DNA of 62,871 bases, counting the filler, from Choristocarpus tenellus KU-1152 (lineage: Eukaryota; Protista; Phaeophyceae), in the NCBI GenBank assembly GCA_964200185.2. It is 12 parts of 12 records of this genome, joined end to end, with 100 filler letters (N's around TTAATTAATTAA, not from the genome) between each part and the next. Parts side by side here need not be neighbours in the genome. Positions count along the whole stretch, not along the records: positions 1 to 2,965 come from CAXNAD020023310.1; positions 3,066 to 5,722 come from CAXNAD020025899.1; positions 5,823 to 13,764 come from CAXNAD020005361.1; 9 more parts are not named here. One strand, written 5' to 3'. A program made the position numbers and the translations under genes. The notes under the pieces were generated by a model, which saw only the letters and a program-made list of their open reading frames with translations, was not told the origin of the DNA and ran no database searches. Positions 1-12,100 of the stretch are shown piece after piece; the stretch's first letter is position 1; each line of letters begins with the position of its first letter.

Positions 1-269
1 CTTTTTTAAGACCGTTTTCGCAAAACAACCATCCTCGTAGTCCCGCTCCATCCCCAATTTTGAAAATCCTCTGTTACTTATCTCACATCAATTATCACCT
101 CCATAATTATTTTTGTTTGTAACTGCCAGCCCAACATGATGGACACGCAAAAAGACGAAAGGTGGGGGAATATGGAATAGTCGGAAGTAGTTGGTGAAAG
201 GGGGCTAATCGGAACCGGTGCATCTTCGGCATAGGCCTAAGGCTGGATTGGAAGCCTGGACAGACTTAC

Positions 270-386
270 CGAGAGTCGAAACCATATGACACCAAACTGA
301 TCCCTCTGTGGTGTCCTAGATTGCAATACAATGAGGGGCGTCCAACCCAAGGACCTATCGGCAAGGTGTAAATTATCTTCCATTAC
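270..386 (-). CDS. Candidate exon of an unknown gene divergent from PDE6D ((V)MEDNLHLADRSLGWTPLIVLQSRTPQRDQFGVIWFRLS)
   Basis: Open frame bounded on the minus strand by a ctacag acceptor and a gtaagt donor; no recognisable homology. Confidence 0.3.
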
Positions 387-705
387 CTGTAGAGGACAAA
401 GTGCAATCAGTTATTGAACGCATCGAAATAGTAATCCAACTCCTTAGGCATGAACCACCCCATAATGGAACAAAGTGTTGAATCACTTATGATTTCTCTT
501 TCTTCTAGGTCAATTCAACTACCGTGAGTGTTTAAGCTGCCGTCCACATCCACATAATTGGCGCAAGTCCCGACCTTTCCAACAAGAGAAACAACTGAAG
601 TGATATTCGTTAACTTCTTGTTGATTCACTCGCAGGCTCTTGTGACAACTTAGATACAAATAGCGACGTCCCTACGCTAGTCTGGATTGGCTCTCGAAAA
701 GGCTG

Positions 706-1814
706 ATGGAATCCAAATACGAAAGTGAAACTAAAAGGGATGGACTAGCGGACACCTACTATGATCGTTGCAAAGAAGAGGGCAAAAAGGCTAAAAGAGA
801 TCATTTTCTGGATGGCAAGGGGGAGCCGGATGAAGAAGGGGAAAGCGATGATGAGGTTAGCCTCACAAATATATGCAGCAAGATGCAGTTGTAATTGGGT
901 TGTTACACACCGCCAGGGTAGCAAACCACCTCCCACGATTTCCTGGGAATGCTATACCGGCACTTTTGGAAAATACATTTACAAGTGAAAGATGGGGTTT
1001 CATGTGAAATATTGATTCCAGGTAGGGATGTATCCTGAGATATCATCCGTTGGACCGAAGTTTTGCCTAGAGATGAATGGACGCCCGAAACAGCTTTGTT
1101 TTCGACGAAGAAAAAGTGTTCGCATTCCAAATCGCTTTGTACAACACTTTACGTGGAACACCATTGAAATATCAGAAGACACTCATAAGGAAGTACAATT
1201 TATAGTACGAAGTGTGTGTCAATTGAAGAGAGGAAATTGTTCGCTGATTTAAACACAGCACTACCTGCTACTGGTGATAGGTATCAGGACCAATCAACCA
1301 TGTCCTCTTATTTGTGTATTATGTGCTCAAAGGTGGAGAGAGAGTTCATGGCCGCACTAAAAACAGGAAACAAGGGAAAGTTGGCAATGTCCAAGGATCC
1401 TGTGGCAAGGAGTATCATCAAGGGCTTCCGGATGTAAGTACAAAATATACTCCGGAGTATAGAAGTTCAATTGTATATTTGGGACAATGATGATCTCTTA
1501 TGTGTGGATAATATTCAAACTTGATCTTGTCACCTCACTCTCCCTATTATAGACAGGATTCTACTTTGATCCCACCATATCAGTCAACATGGTCATTGTT
1601 TCTTAAAGACCTCATTTGCCACTTTACCTGGTACATAGTGGTGCTGCATACAAAAGCAATAGTATTGGACAGGAGATGTCACTATCTTCCCTTTAATATG
1701 ACTATGAGTCCACTGATCAATACCCGTGTCAACTTTCCATACACCTTGTTGCAGAAACTGGATGGATATGCGAGATGAAGATACAGGAAAACTCTTGTGG
1801 GAGTCAGGGGAGTG
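706..1814 (+). CDS. PDE6D: PDE6D / PDE-delta prenyl-binding protein (GMP-PDE delta family), 5' part; exons 706-855, 1333-1433, 1755-1814
   Basis: Phase-consistent GT-AG splicing gives ...MSKDPVARSIIKGFRI|NWMDMRDEDTGKLLWESGEW, matching the PDE6D N-terminus ([29 protein letters not shown]). Remaining exons were not found on this contig. Confidence 0.85.
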
Positions 1815-1956
1815 GTGAGTTCCTGCAACACTGTAAAACTGTTTTGTTGCCTCATGTGTACCTCTACTTCTCTGGACACTACAACGGTGGTCAGCCTCTC
1901 TCGCCAAGGTACAACAACACCCCTTCATAAGTACTACTACTTTGAAGTGTGTGCTT

Positions 1957-2210
1957 GAGTCAAAGTATCTTGGAGGGTAGAGCGGTGTCCACTTGGGGGC
2001 CAGAATCCAATGTTGCGATTCTGATGCAACTTTGGCTATCGTGTTTGTTAGAAAGTGTCTGTATCCTCGTTCTGCACACACCTTTTCATAATATATACAT
2101 GTACTACTCCGAATCATTTTGGAGTAGGAAACTGTAAAAAAAAATGTGGGAAGCCAAGCCCCAGACGGACAAACAGGGCAAAACTAGTACCTTCTATTAT
2201 GCCTTCACTC
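1957..2210. mobile_element. MITE family A, full copy (in a PDE6D intron)
   Basis: Starts GAGTCAAAGTATCTTGGAGGGTA and ends with a degenerate inverted copy (TACCTTCTATTATGCCTTCACTC). Internal sequence recurs at 11665, 11955, 13157, 22987, 31005 and 59667. Confidence 0.85.
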
Positions 2211-2876
2211 ACTTATACAATACCCAGCAGGATGGGGATTCCGCCCAATGGTCATTGAAGCAATTTGGTCAGAATGCCCTTGTAATTTGGTGGGGAAGGA
2301 CAACTTGGGCCTTACTTTCTAAAAAGACACAGTCATAAAAATTCCTTCAACTTCTGCACATCAGCGCATTGGTATTAAGAAGTTGGTGAAAGTGATGCAC
2401 CATTTCAGGGAACCCATGAAAGTAGGGTAACTTTCCTCTGATGGGAAATTGAGCTTTATCTCGTCTGTCTCGGTGGTTTGACTAGAGTAATCACAGATTG
2501 AGTTTCAACTCAAAGAACACTAAATACGACCTCCCAAACCGGGAACACACCCTTGCAAATTGAAGCACATTAGTGGATGGAGTAACTTCCATATTTCGGC
2601 TTTACATGTAACCTATTGGCCAAGACAAATATATATTTTACTCAGGAGTACTTTTATTGTATATCACACTACTTCATCCAAGTGCATAATAAATATTTAT
2701 TTTCCTACCAACCCTTTTACCCCTGCTGCCTTGTAACAGTGTGTTGGAAAAGGGTTTACGTGCTAGTGTGTAACACAACTCAAGTGAAGATAGCACCACA
2801 AATAGGTTTAGCGTCTAGTGGTGTATCGACTTTGGTATTCCTCATCGACTCCCATTTACTCGATAGGTGTGACAGT

Positions 2877-2965
2877 CGGTCAAAGTATCTGGGGGGGGGC
2901 GCCCGGCGGGGGGGGGGGGGGGGGGGGGGGAAGGCCCCCGCTTGACCCCCCACCCCCCAAAGACC
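2877..2965. mobile_element. MITE family B end, truncated at contig break
   Basis: GGTCAAAGTATCT followed by poly-G, as in the full copy at 32861-33037. Confidence 0.7.
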
Positions 2966-3065
2966 NNNNNNNNNNNNNNNNNNNNNNNNNNNNNNNNNNN
3001 NNNNNNNNNTTAATTAATTAANNNNNNNNNNNNNNNNNNNNNNNNNNNNNNNNNNNNNNNNNNNN
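2966..3065. other. Artificial contig-joining spacer (44 N + TTAATTAATTAA + 44 N); also at 5723, 13765, 23555, 27258, 30905, 34550, 40457, 50352, 56892, 59567
   Basis: Identical 100-nt spacer with stops in all six frames, repeated 11 times. Confidence 0.98.
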
Positions 3066-3840
3066 ACCACCCCCACCACCCCCCCCCCCCCCCCCCCCCC
3101 TGCCAGGTGGGCGTTCAAATACACTGATTTTAGTATCGATTTTGCTGATTTGCAAAGGAACCGACAACAGCCTACCATTTTATTGTGTGGTAAGACTATC
3201 AGTGAGTCACTTGTATTCAAACCACACACGGGGGGGGGAGGGCTAATGGAAGGCATCCTGACTAAACGTCATTTCCCTTCTCTCTAGTGTTCAGGTACCA
3301 CATTAGTTTTTTTGCCCAGCGACAGGAAAACGTACATGACCATTTATTTATTTATTTATATTTGTTGATGTATGTAATCGGAAATCTTTCTTTTTTTATA
3401 TTCAAAGCACTGGAGTAGCTTTTATTATTATTAGTTTTGCTGCTGCTGCTGGAGGGATTTGAAGGGCTTTTGATTGTATGCACGCAATTGGTGTTTCCCT
3501 TCCCCCACATAAAAAAATATATTCCAAATGCGAAGTGGCATGAACTTACCATCCCCACCCAGCAAGTGATAATACAAAACCTCATACCCGTCTTGGTTGT
3601 TGTGTTCTATGTCTTAGTATGTTTCTCTCTCTCTCTCTGCCCTCACTAGTATCTCCAAAATATTATAACGATGTACGAAAAATATAATAATATTTGATTA
3701 GATACGTTGCGTTTTATTTTTCCATGTTTTTTTGTATCTCTCTGGAGTGAAGGTAATTAGGTGGGCAAATGTTCGTCGCAAACACTATGATGGACAAAAG
3801 CTCAGACATGACCGCCCATCCATGTTTTACGAAACCCCAG

Positions 3841-4162
3841 CCTTGCAATGCTGGCGGTGACAGTAATAATGCACTCAATACTCTCTGTCGAGGTTATCAC
3901 TAATCCCATGACAAGTGAGGTAGGGGATGGATATTATCAACACCTCGCACCCACTTTCATGGAAAAATGGTTCTTGATCACACAGGTTATGGTGTGAGAA
4001 TAGTTCATCCTTGAATGCGATTGGTTCCGCCGAACACTGTAACCGACATCCACTTCAAAAAAAAAAAGAGACTGAATATGTAATGAGACACCAATGTATA
4101 TACATATATATATACAATGTAACGCACTTGGCCAATACACACAAATTTGAAGAACATCAAAT

Positions 4163-4232
<70 letters not shown>

Positions 4233-5562
4233 CTCTTCAACATCACTGCACTACAACGTAGTATCGCAGGATAAAAATAAAAATAAAAATAGGACTGCGT
4301 AGTACAAACAAGGCAAACAGCAGTTCACACCCCTCTGCAACCATCAAAGTTAGAGCGGTGCCATGAGTTTTTTTTGTTCACCACTCAAACAAAGCTATCT
4401 TTACGCTGGGCGGTGGGTGACAGGACAGGGGTCGAGATCCTCCACACACCTCTCAGTGCGGAAAAGGATGTTTAGCTGGAACTCAAGAAGTAGGAATGCC
4501 TTCCCATGTATGAGGAAAACCATATGCAATACGCTCTGTACTATATTTACATATATACATACATATTATTGAGCGCTGCATCCACATATGATGCTGTCCA
4601 CTCCACCTGTCCACCTATCTAAACCAACCCCAGACACCAAACACAGGAAATCAACCCTAACCCTGTAAGCCTCAGGGTCATGAGGCAATAATGGCTTGAA
4701 AGACAGAGTGCATTAAAAACAAATTATGATGGCATTGTTGGTGTGAAACAGGACGTGGATTGAACCATCTGGTATCTCGATATATTGGTAGAGGACACAG
4801 GACAAGGTGGAATCTCACTAACAAGCAGTCAAGATTGAAGGATATCATCGTCAACATGCATCTTTGACAAAGAAATTAGGTATCACCATGCACCTTTAAA
4901 CACACACAGTGTGCCACAGGGCAACGAATGATTCAGGCGTTTTAAGAAACGGAAAGTGGACAGGAAGAGGTGCATCTCATGCACACGAGACTTGAACAGG
5001 CACGCATCCAAATTTCATGCAAAGGAACACCACAAACCTCTCATAACAGAGCAAAATAGCTTGCGCAGTCTATATTTGACTCATGTGTACCCTCGGGGGA
5101 TGACTCAGATTGTCATTGACCCTTTCTTGCAAATGTTCTAGATACATACACAAACCTCACAATATAGCGGACTGTCATCAGCAGAAAATCCTCGTTGTGA
5201 CGTGTACCCCTTCATTTCAGGGGTCATTTCAACGTAACGGCATTCGGCCGATAATTTTCTTGGCTCTTCCCACCTCACAGGAACAAGGACAAGTTTGTTG
5301 ATTCGTTGATTCTTCCTAAAGGACAGGCTTTGATTTGTTCAAGAGGAAGGAACAGGGCGCAATAGGATCGATAAATCTGCTTGTTCTTGCTCCTCTGGGC
5401 ATAGGAAGAGCTGTGGCGTAGGAATAGCCTCAAGAATGAATCGGGGGCGGTATACTGAGGGTATCAAGGGCTTCACCAATCTTTCCACTGTTCTACAGAT
5501 GGCAAAAAGTGGACAAGAGAGTGTTAATTACAATCTGAGTAACTCCTGGAGAGTAAGACTGG
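3841..5562 (+). CDS. Two candidate exons of an unknown protein (3841-3919 LAMLAVTVIMHSILSVEVITNPMTSE; 5499-5562 MAKSGQESVNYNLSNSWRVRLG)
   Basis: cag acceptors, gt donors and a compatible phase; no recognisable motif. Confidence 0.25.
4164..4229 (+). repeat. Poly(A) tract, 66 nt
   Basis: Direct reading. Confidence 0.95.
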
Positions 5563-5822
5563 GTGAGATGTGGGGTTGTTCAATGATATGTATGTATGTG
5601 TGCTGATGTTACCAGAGTGCTCTGGGGAACTTTATATGTGGGTGGGCTGGGAGGGAGGGGGGGGGGGTGGCACCGTTCTCATCAGTTTAAAGAACAGGAC
5701 TGTAGCTCAGGCCCTATGCATGNNNNNNNNNNNNNNNNNNNNNNNNNNNNNNNNNNNNNNNNNNNNTTAATTAATTAANNNNNNNNNNNNNNNNNNNNNN
5801 NNNNNNNNNNNNNNNNNNNNNN

Positions 5823-5878
5823 ATGAAAAAATTGACCCAAAATGGACAGCCGCTACCCCCTCCCAGATAGTTTGAGCC
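5823..5878. mobile_element. MITE family B end at contig start
   Basis: ...AAATGGACAGCCGCTACCCCCTCCCAGATAGTTTGAGCC, the reverse complement of the family B terminus. Confidence 0.75.
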
Positions 5879-6169
5879 AGGTTTATACGCAGAACTCTAC
5901 ACATTGGAGAAGTTGGCATCACACATTACATTATACCTCATCCACTCTTGGGCACTGAAAAAAACGTACGTATAGGTGTTAACTTATGTAGCTCATGTCT
6001 AGATCCTCCTACGGAGGATATTGATTGTCGTGGGACGGACTTCTGTCAGCCAATACCCCAACTCTGTTGAATTACGTTTGCAAAATGTTCCCGAAGGAAT
6101 CTTGCACCAGTGGTGCTTTCAGTCCCTTCATAATTCTTGTGCTTACACTACTTGTCCTCACTTCACAAG

Positions 6170-9100
6170 GTGATTGTGAGTGACCAAGGAGACGTCACAG
6201 TAAGACCCTGCAACCTTTGGGAAGGCAGTCCGGTGTATGATGCCCTGGCTGGGCTGAACTCATCAATGCCACCTAGCAGCCCTCAGCCTGACCTCCTCGT
6301 TGGGACATACAACTTCGACTGCTGCAAGGTGAAATGTGAATGTTGACAAATTCATGCTCCACCTGCTCAGAATTATGAAAAGACGCGGGACAAAATGTAA
6401 CAAAGTATGTGTTTCGATTTTCCCACTCTGAGGTATTATATATAGCGCTCAGAGCATCACTGCCATAACTGCAAAGGTTTTTGTTCTCATAGAAACTACT
6501 CGAAATTATTCTTGCACTGTCCCGCACGGAACATGAGACTTCAGGATGTATGTGAGGCGACTAGAGCCAAACCAATTGAGAGGCGGGCAGGTTCGAACCC
6601 TTTTGCATTCTAAGCCATCTTTCTTGCCCTGTGCAATACACTCTATTTTATTGCTTTTTGCACACAATAGTGGACGCAAAATTGATACTCCTCCTTTACA
6701 CCCACAAGTGGTACCATAGTTCAGTAATTACTCTCTTTCCACAATTGTACAAAATTACATCTTTTTGCCCTTCCTTGTGATCCTTAAATGCAACCCGGCC
6801 TACCTCTCAGTTGGTTTGTGACTCTCATTAATGGCACACCAACGTTCACAAATATATATGAATGTTTTATTTTTTGAACGACATTGGTGCCGATGTATTA
6901 ATATATTGCAGTTCCATGAGCTTTGTGTGCAGTGGAGGGCAGTTTCTCGATGATCTTCGTTCTATAGAGTCGGGGGGAGGGTCCTAAATTCTTGTTGATC
7001 AACACTTGAATCCTTTTGGCATCCTCCAACAGTCCCAAACACACCCCAATCGAGGATTTCCGCATACGTCATCCACTTTCATTCCCGCCTCTTCTCGTGA
7101 TCCTTCTTTGTTACAATTGTTAACATTGGATGTCAACACTTGATCTCGGACCTGTGTAGGGCGTGATGAAACTGGAAGATACTGACAGAAATCGCTTTGA
7201 GGTTGACATCACGAAGAAGGCCTTTCTTACAGATGGATTTTCCATCACCAGAGAAGGTGGCAATGCTTGCTCTTCCACCTTTGCCAATCAACAGAAAGGG
7301 GATAGGAAGAAGGTGAGCCCTGGGAACGATAATACTTATTTTTTTCCCGCTTCGCATGACTGCATGACTGCACACCTGCACCATATACGCACGTGCATGC
7401 TCATGCCCTAAGGAGAAGAAACTGGTGTTTTGACACAATGGTAGAACAACTCTGTATATCCCTAGAGTTGCCATGTTCTGGTGCAGCATGCAGTCTTAAT
7501 CTTGGTCGAATTTGGAAAACGGACGGTGGGTGAGAAAAATCTTCAGCATACCTTTTTTCATCTTTTTGATTAACCGATAGTGTCAACTATTCTGTCTCTA
7601 ATAATGTCTGGCCAACGGAATTTATTTTTTGTTTCTTGCAGTGATAAGGTACTGCTTAATTAAGAGGTAGGTGTGGCACATCCTTTAGCTCCTTCGTCTA
7701 GCGTACTCAATATTCCTGAAGTACATCCGAAGATTCGTTGCTGACATCACTAATCTTGATTATGTAAAACTTGTCTTGCTAAGCATGGTGGAACTCGCTT
7801 CCTCTGCCAACCCTCTCTTGTTGCTAGTCTGGTCCAGAATCTACGAAGCTGCTTGTTTTTATGTAACCTTTAATGATAAAAACTCCCTTTGTTCCACAAG
7901 TTTACAGGATAATATTCAGAGCCATAACGTATATCTCGAGATCTAAAACGATTTAAATGATAAACAGAGACTCAAATGAAAGAGAAACGGTTCTACTAGA
8001 ATACAAACAAGTCAATAAATTGAATATTTAAAGAGTGATTCCAGAATAGTTTTGAAGAGTAGAACCAAACATCGAGTATTTTCGGACTTTTTCAGACGGA
8101 AATTTCAACCCCTTGAAGACGAAAATTACCATCTCCACCACCCCAAACAACAACGAGCACCCTAGAACAGATATGGCAAGCCTCGAATGCGGTAATATGC
8201 GTGCCTGGGAGTCCCACACGTGACGTGTAAAGCGCATCAGGTCTCTCAGAGAGTCCCACAAAGCACAAAACGGGATGCCAACTGAGCGAGGGGGGTCGCC
8301 ATGCCCTCGCTGTGAGATATGCCATGGACCTCCCTCCAACGGCAAACCGCCCACCCAAAGGCGTTGGCAGCATCCTGGAGGAGGAGTTCAAGGTCGGGAA
8401 GAATTATGCGGGGAACCTCTGGAGACGGGTCACCAACCAGCTTGCTGAAGGGCACACGCTCGACCTGACGACAAGAAAAAGATCAGGTCCGCCCTCGGAC
8501 TTCACCCCGTTGAAGATCGCGAAGATACAGGAAATCAACGCGAAGAACCGTATTGTAACGGACCACGGTGAGACTCACAGTTATGAGTACGAGTGCGATG
8601 CGACGGTCGACCACGTATGGTACCAGAAGTGATACACGGAGACGTTTCTGTCGACGGTCAGGCAGAATATGCCCTTAGTACGTCATGAGGATGCGATCAT
8701 GCAGCAGGACGGCGCCACTCCTCACAGGGGCCATGACATACCACGGAAGCTCAAGGAGGCTGGCAGGGAGGGGGAATAGAATATCAAGCTCGTGATGCAG
8801 TCAGCGCAATCCCCAGACCTGAACGTAAACGATCTGGGGTCTTTCGCGTCCCTCGAAAGTAGAGTCTGGAAGGAAGGTTACGACACGATTGACGAAATGG
8901 TTAAGGGCATTTCGACGAGTACGACAATGAGACGCTTGAAAGGGTATGGCAGAGCCTTTTCAAGAGGTACACGCAAGTCCTCGAAGCATAGAGTTGTAAC
9001 GATTTCAAGTTCGAGCACACGGGAAGTGAGCAAAGGCCTGAAAGGGGGGGTTAATGAGAGCTGTGTAAATTGACCAAGATACTTACGAGGCGGCGCTCAC

Positions 9101-12100
9101 TTGGCGGATTGATACAGAGAAGGACAGTACCAACGATTGGATCTAATTAAAAAAAACATCGAGGAATCCAACGCAACAATCCACTTTGCAATCGGAGTTG
9201 ATCTTGAAGAGTTACACATATTATCCAATGAACTTATGTAACAGAGGGAGAATATTCCCATAACTTTCTTCACATTACCTGACATAACTTGAATCATCTC
9301 ATTTTGTCACGACATACATAATTTAATCTGTAAGGTAGCTGGTTCACCTCCCCTAAATTTGTTTGTATTTTTCTGTGGTCTAAATCTCGAAATAACAACA
9401 TTTTCAAACATGCGGCACTCCCATGACACTGCATTTTTCACATGACTTTCCTCATCCACGAACTGAAGGAAACACACATCTGTTAGTGCATTGCCGTTAG
9501 CTGTGTATATGTCTTCATTCCAGATACAGGCTCTTGATAATAACCAATTGTTCCACTGAGTTAAAATAGATGTAGAGGTCTATGTTTAAGTTGTGATTGT
9601 AGTAAGTCAAAGCAAACAGGAGGTATCCAGAGTTCCATTTTAAGGACGATGACAAATATGTGCAGCATTTGTCCGTTTTTTACAAACGCATCGAGGTTAT
9701 TTTCTTAATTGTGTCGGATTTTCTTAAACATAATAGAAATCAATGCTCTCAAGCCAAGCTTAACATTTAATTAATAGAAATATGGGTGAATTGCAAAATA
9801 TTTTTAAATGGCATATAATGCAAAACGGGCAAAAACCTGGGTACCTCTCGTGTACTTTGGTTCAATAGCATAATAGGAATAGATGAAAAAATGCATGAGA
9901 AAATATCTCCAATGAGAATACAATTGCCACCACATCTTCTCTGGCACACCAGAAAAAACTATTTTTATGCCCATGATACCCAACAAAGCACACAGAGCCT
10001 GGTGGCAGTGGCAACGGTCTCCAAATAATCTTGGCAGGAGAATCCCCTCAAATCAAAGCAAACGCATTGGTGGACAACCCGTTGGAACCACGATTATTCA
10101 TCTACCGTCGAGATGGATCTGCTGTGGAGCTCCTACGCATTGGTGACACTCTTTCTTGGCGGGAAAAAGTGGCTTGCATGTACAAAGACACCTTGTTCCC
10201 CTCCCTTGGACGCCGACCATGCAAGGGAAGGGGGTTTGGGCAGAAAAAAGCTGGGGGGTCTACCACAACAAGGGAACAGAGTGAGGGACTGAGGACGAAT
10301 CATTGCATTGACACAGAAACAAGGCACACCGTTCGACAGAAAACTGTGTCTGTTGTAGAGGAGAAAATCAGGCATTGTCCTGAGACTGTGGGGGCACGTC
10401 AGGTGAGCCAGCGTGTAATTTATGCTCATAGTTTTCTGTACACTCACTTGTGGTATGCATGATACTGTGTCTTGGTATACTTACAAAGTCTTCTTCAATG
10501 TGGCCTATGGATGGTCCACCAAGGGGTTTCTTAGACTTGGGGACGGAGAGGTTTGGTCTTAAAGGGGGCAGAAACTCTTGGGTTATCATTGCTCTTACCC
10601 CTTCTGCTCTCACCCCTTCTTCTAAAATCGACTTAGTTTGCAGTGTTTGGCGGATGAGAAATTCCTGTAGAGTTTTGGTCTTGTGGGACAAACATTCACC
10701 CCTGCAATCATTGCTCACACAACAAGGCAGCCTATACCTGTTCCAGTTCAGAACCTCTTGTTCTGACAGGTGAAGAGTGTTGCAGTCATGATGACCTCCC
10801 TCTTCTTGACCAAACAAATCAGATTATTGTTGCAATTCGCTACGCATAAGGGGAGGGTGAACTTAGTGTATAACTGAATTTCCCCAGGTTTTACACTTCA
10901 TTGGCGCTGAGGTATTGAAAGCAGAGTGGGGTATGTTGAAGGAACTACATCAAAGAACTGATTCAATACTTTATGGTCAGAGAGTGCACTAACCTCCCCC
11001 TGAAAAGAAGAGACAAATGACTTCAGATTTCCAACAAGAGAGATGTTGATTGGGTCATGTGTGTGTTCTTCAACTTGGGTCACTTCAACCTTTTGGTGTG
11101 TGTGTGTTGCTTTGGATACTTGCAGTGATTTTAATCACCAATAGCTGAAGACCAACTGTAGTGGCTAAGACCACTGTACTAACACCCTCAACTCTTGGAG
11201 ATATATATTTTGCACTCAGCACAACCAATATGACAACGCACACCCACATTAGGTACCCACTCACACACTTACACCCACATCCAACGGACAAGACAACAAA
11301 TTGTTTCATTGCACCCTGACACAGACTATCACGCCTTCCAACCTCGCACGCCATATTGCCATCGGTGGACCTGACCTTTCGGAAGTAAATGGCATGGATA
11401 CTTAAGCCCCATGATTGTTCTTAATACCTCTCCTTGCCTGTTGTTCTGATGGCAAATAGGTTTGCTTCCATGTTAGCTTGGATCCTCTGCCGAGGGGAGA
11501 TGGGGCGTTTGCTGCTGTGCTCGGTGAACCTGGAGTGGGACCATGTGTGGGGAGCATAGAGGAATGGCATACTCGCCCACTACCATTGTGTGCAAAGGCG
11601 TGTGTGGGACAGTCGTCCAAGGTGTGTCAGGGAAAAGGCAGAAATACACAATAGAGCAAGGACCCAGAGCATGTAAGAGGGTTGGAGTTTTGCCCTGTTT
11701 GTCTGTTTGGGGCTTGGCTTCTCATGGGGTTTTCATGCCCTTTTTCATTTTTCTGTGTGAACATAGTTACCTACTCTGAAACATTTTGGAGTACGTAAAA
11801 TGTACACTACGGCCATGAAAGGTGTGTCCGGAGGAGGGATATTGACACTTCCTAACAAACACAATAGCAAAAAATATTCAAAATCGCAACATTGGGTTTA
11901 TGACCCTGAACAGCCGTGGCCCTACTGTCTTAAATGCTTTGTGTGAAGGATACAGAGTGAAAGTATCTTAGGGTTAGGGTACAAGTTTTGCCCTGTTTGT
12001 CCGTTTGGGGCTTGACTTCCCACGGGTTTTATATGACATGTTCCTACTCCAATATGTTTCGGAGTAGCTAAAAGATACACCTTATGAAAAGGTGTGTCGG

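Noticed and set aside
2966-3065. TTAATTAATTAA palindrome repeated 11 times between N runs
   Set aside because: Artificial six-frame-stop spacer, not a biological repeat or CRISPR array.
4164-4229. Poly(A) as a retrocopy or LINE tail
   Set aside because: No TSD or recognisable upstream element found.
6590-6605. GGTTCGAACCC as part of a tRNA gene
   Set aside because: No cloverleaf or acceptor stem; it lies inside a MITE TIR.
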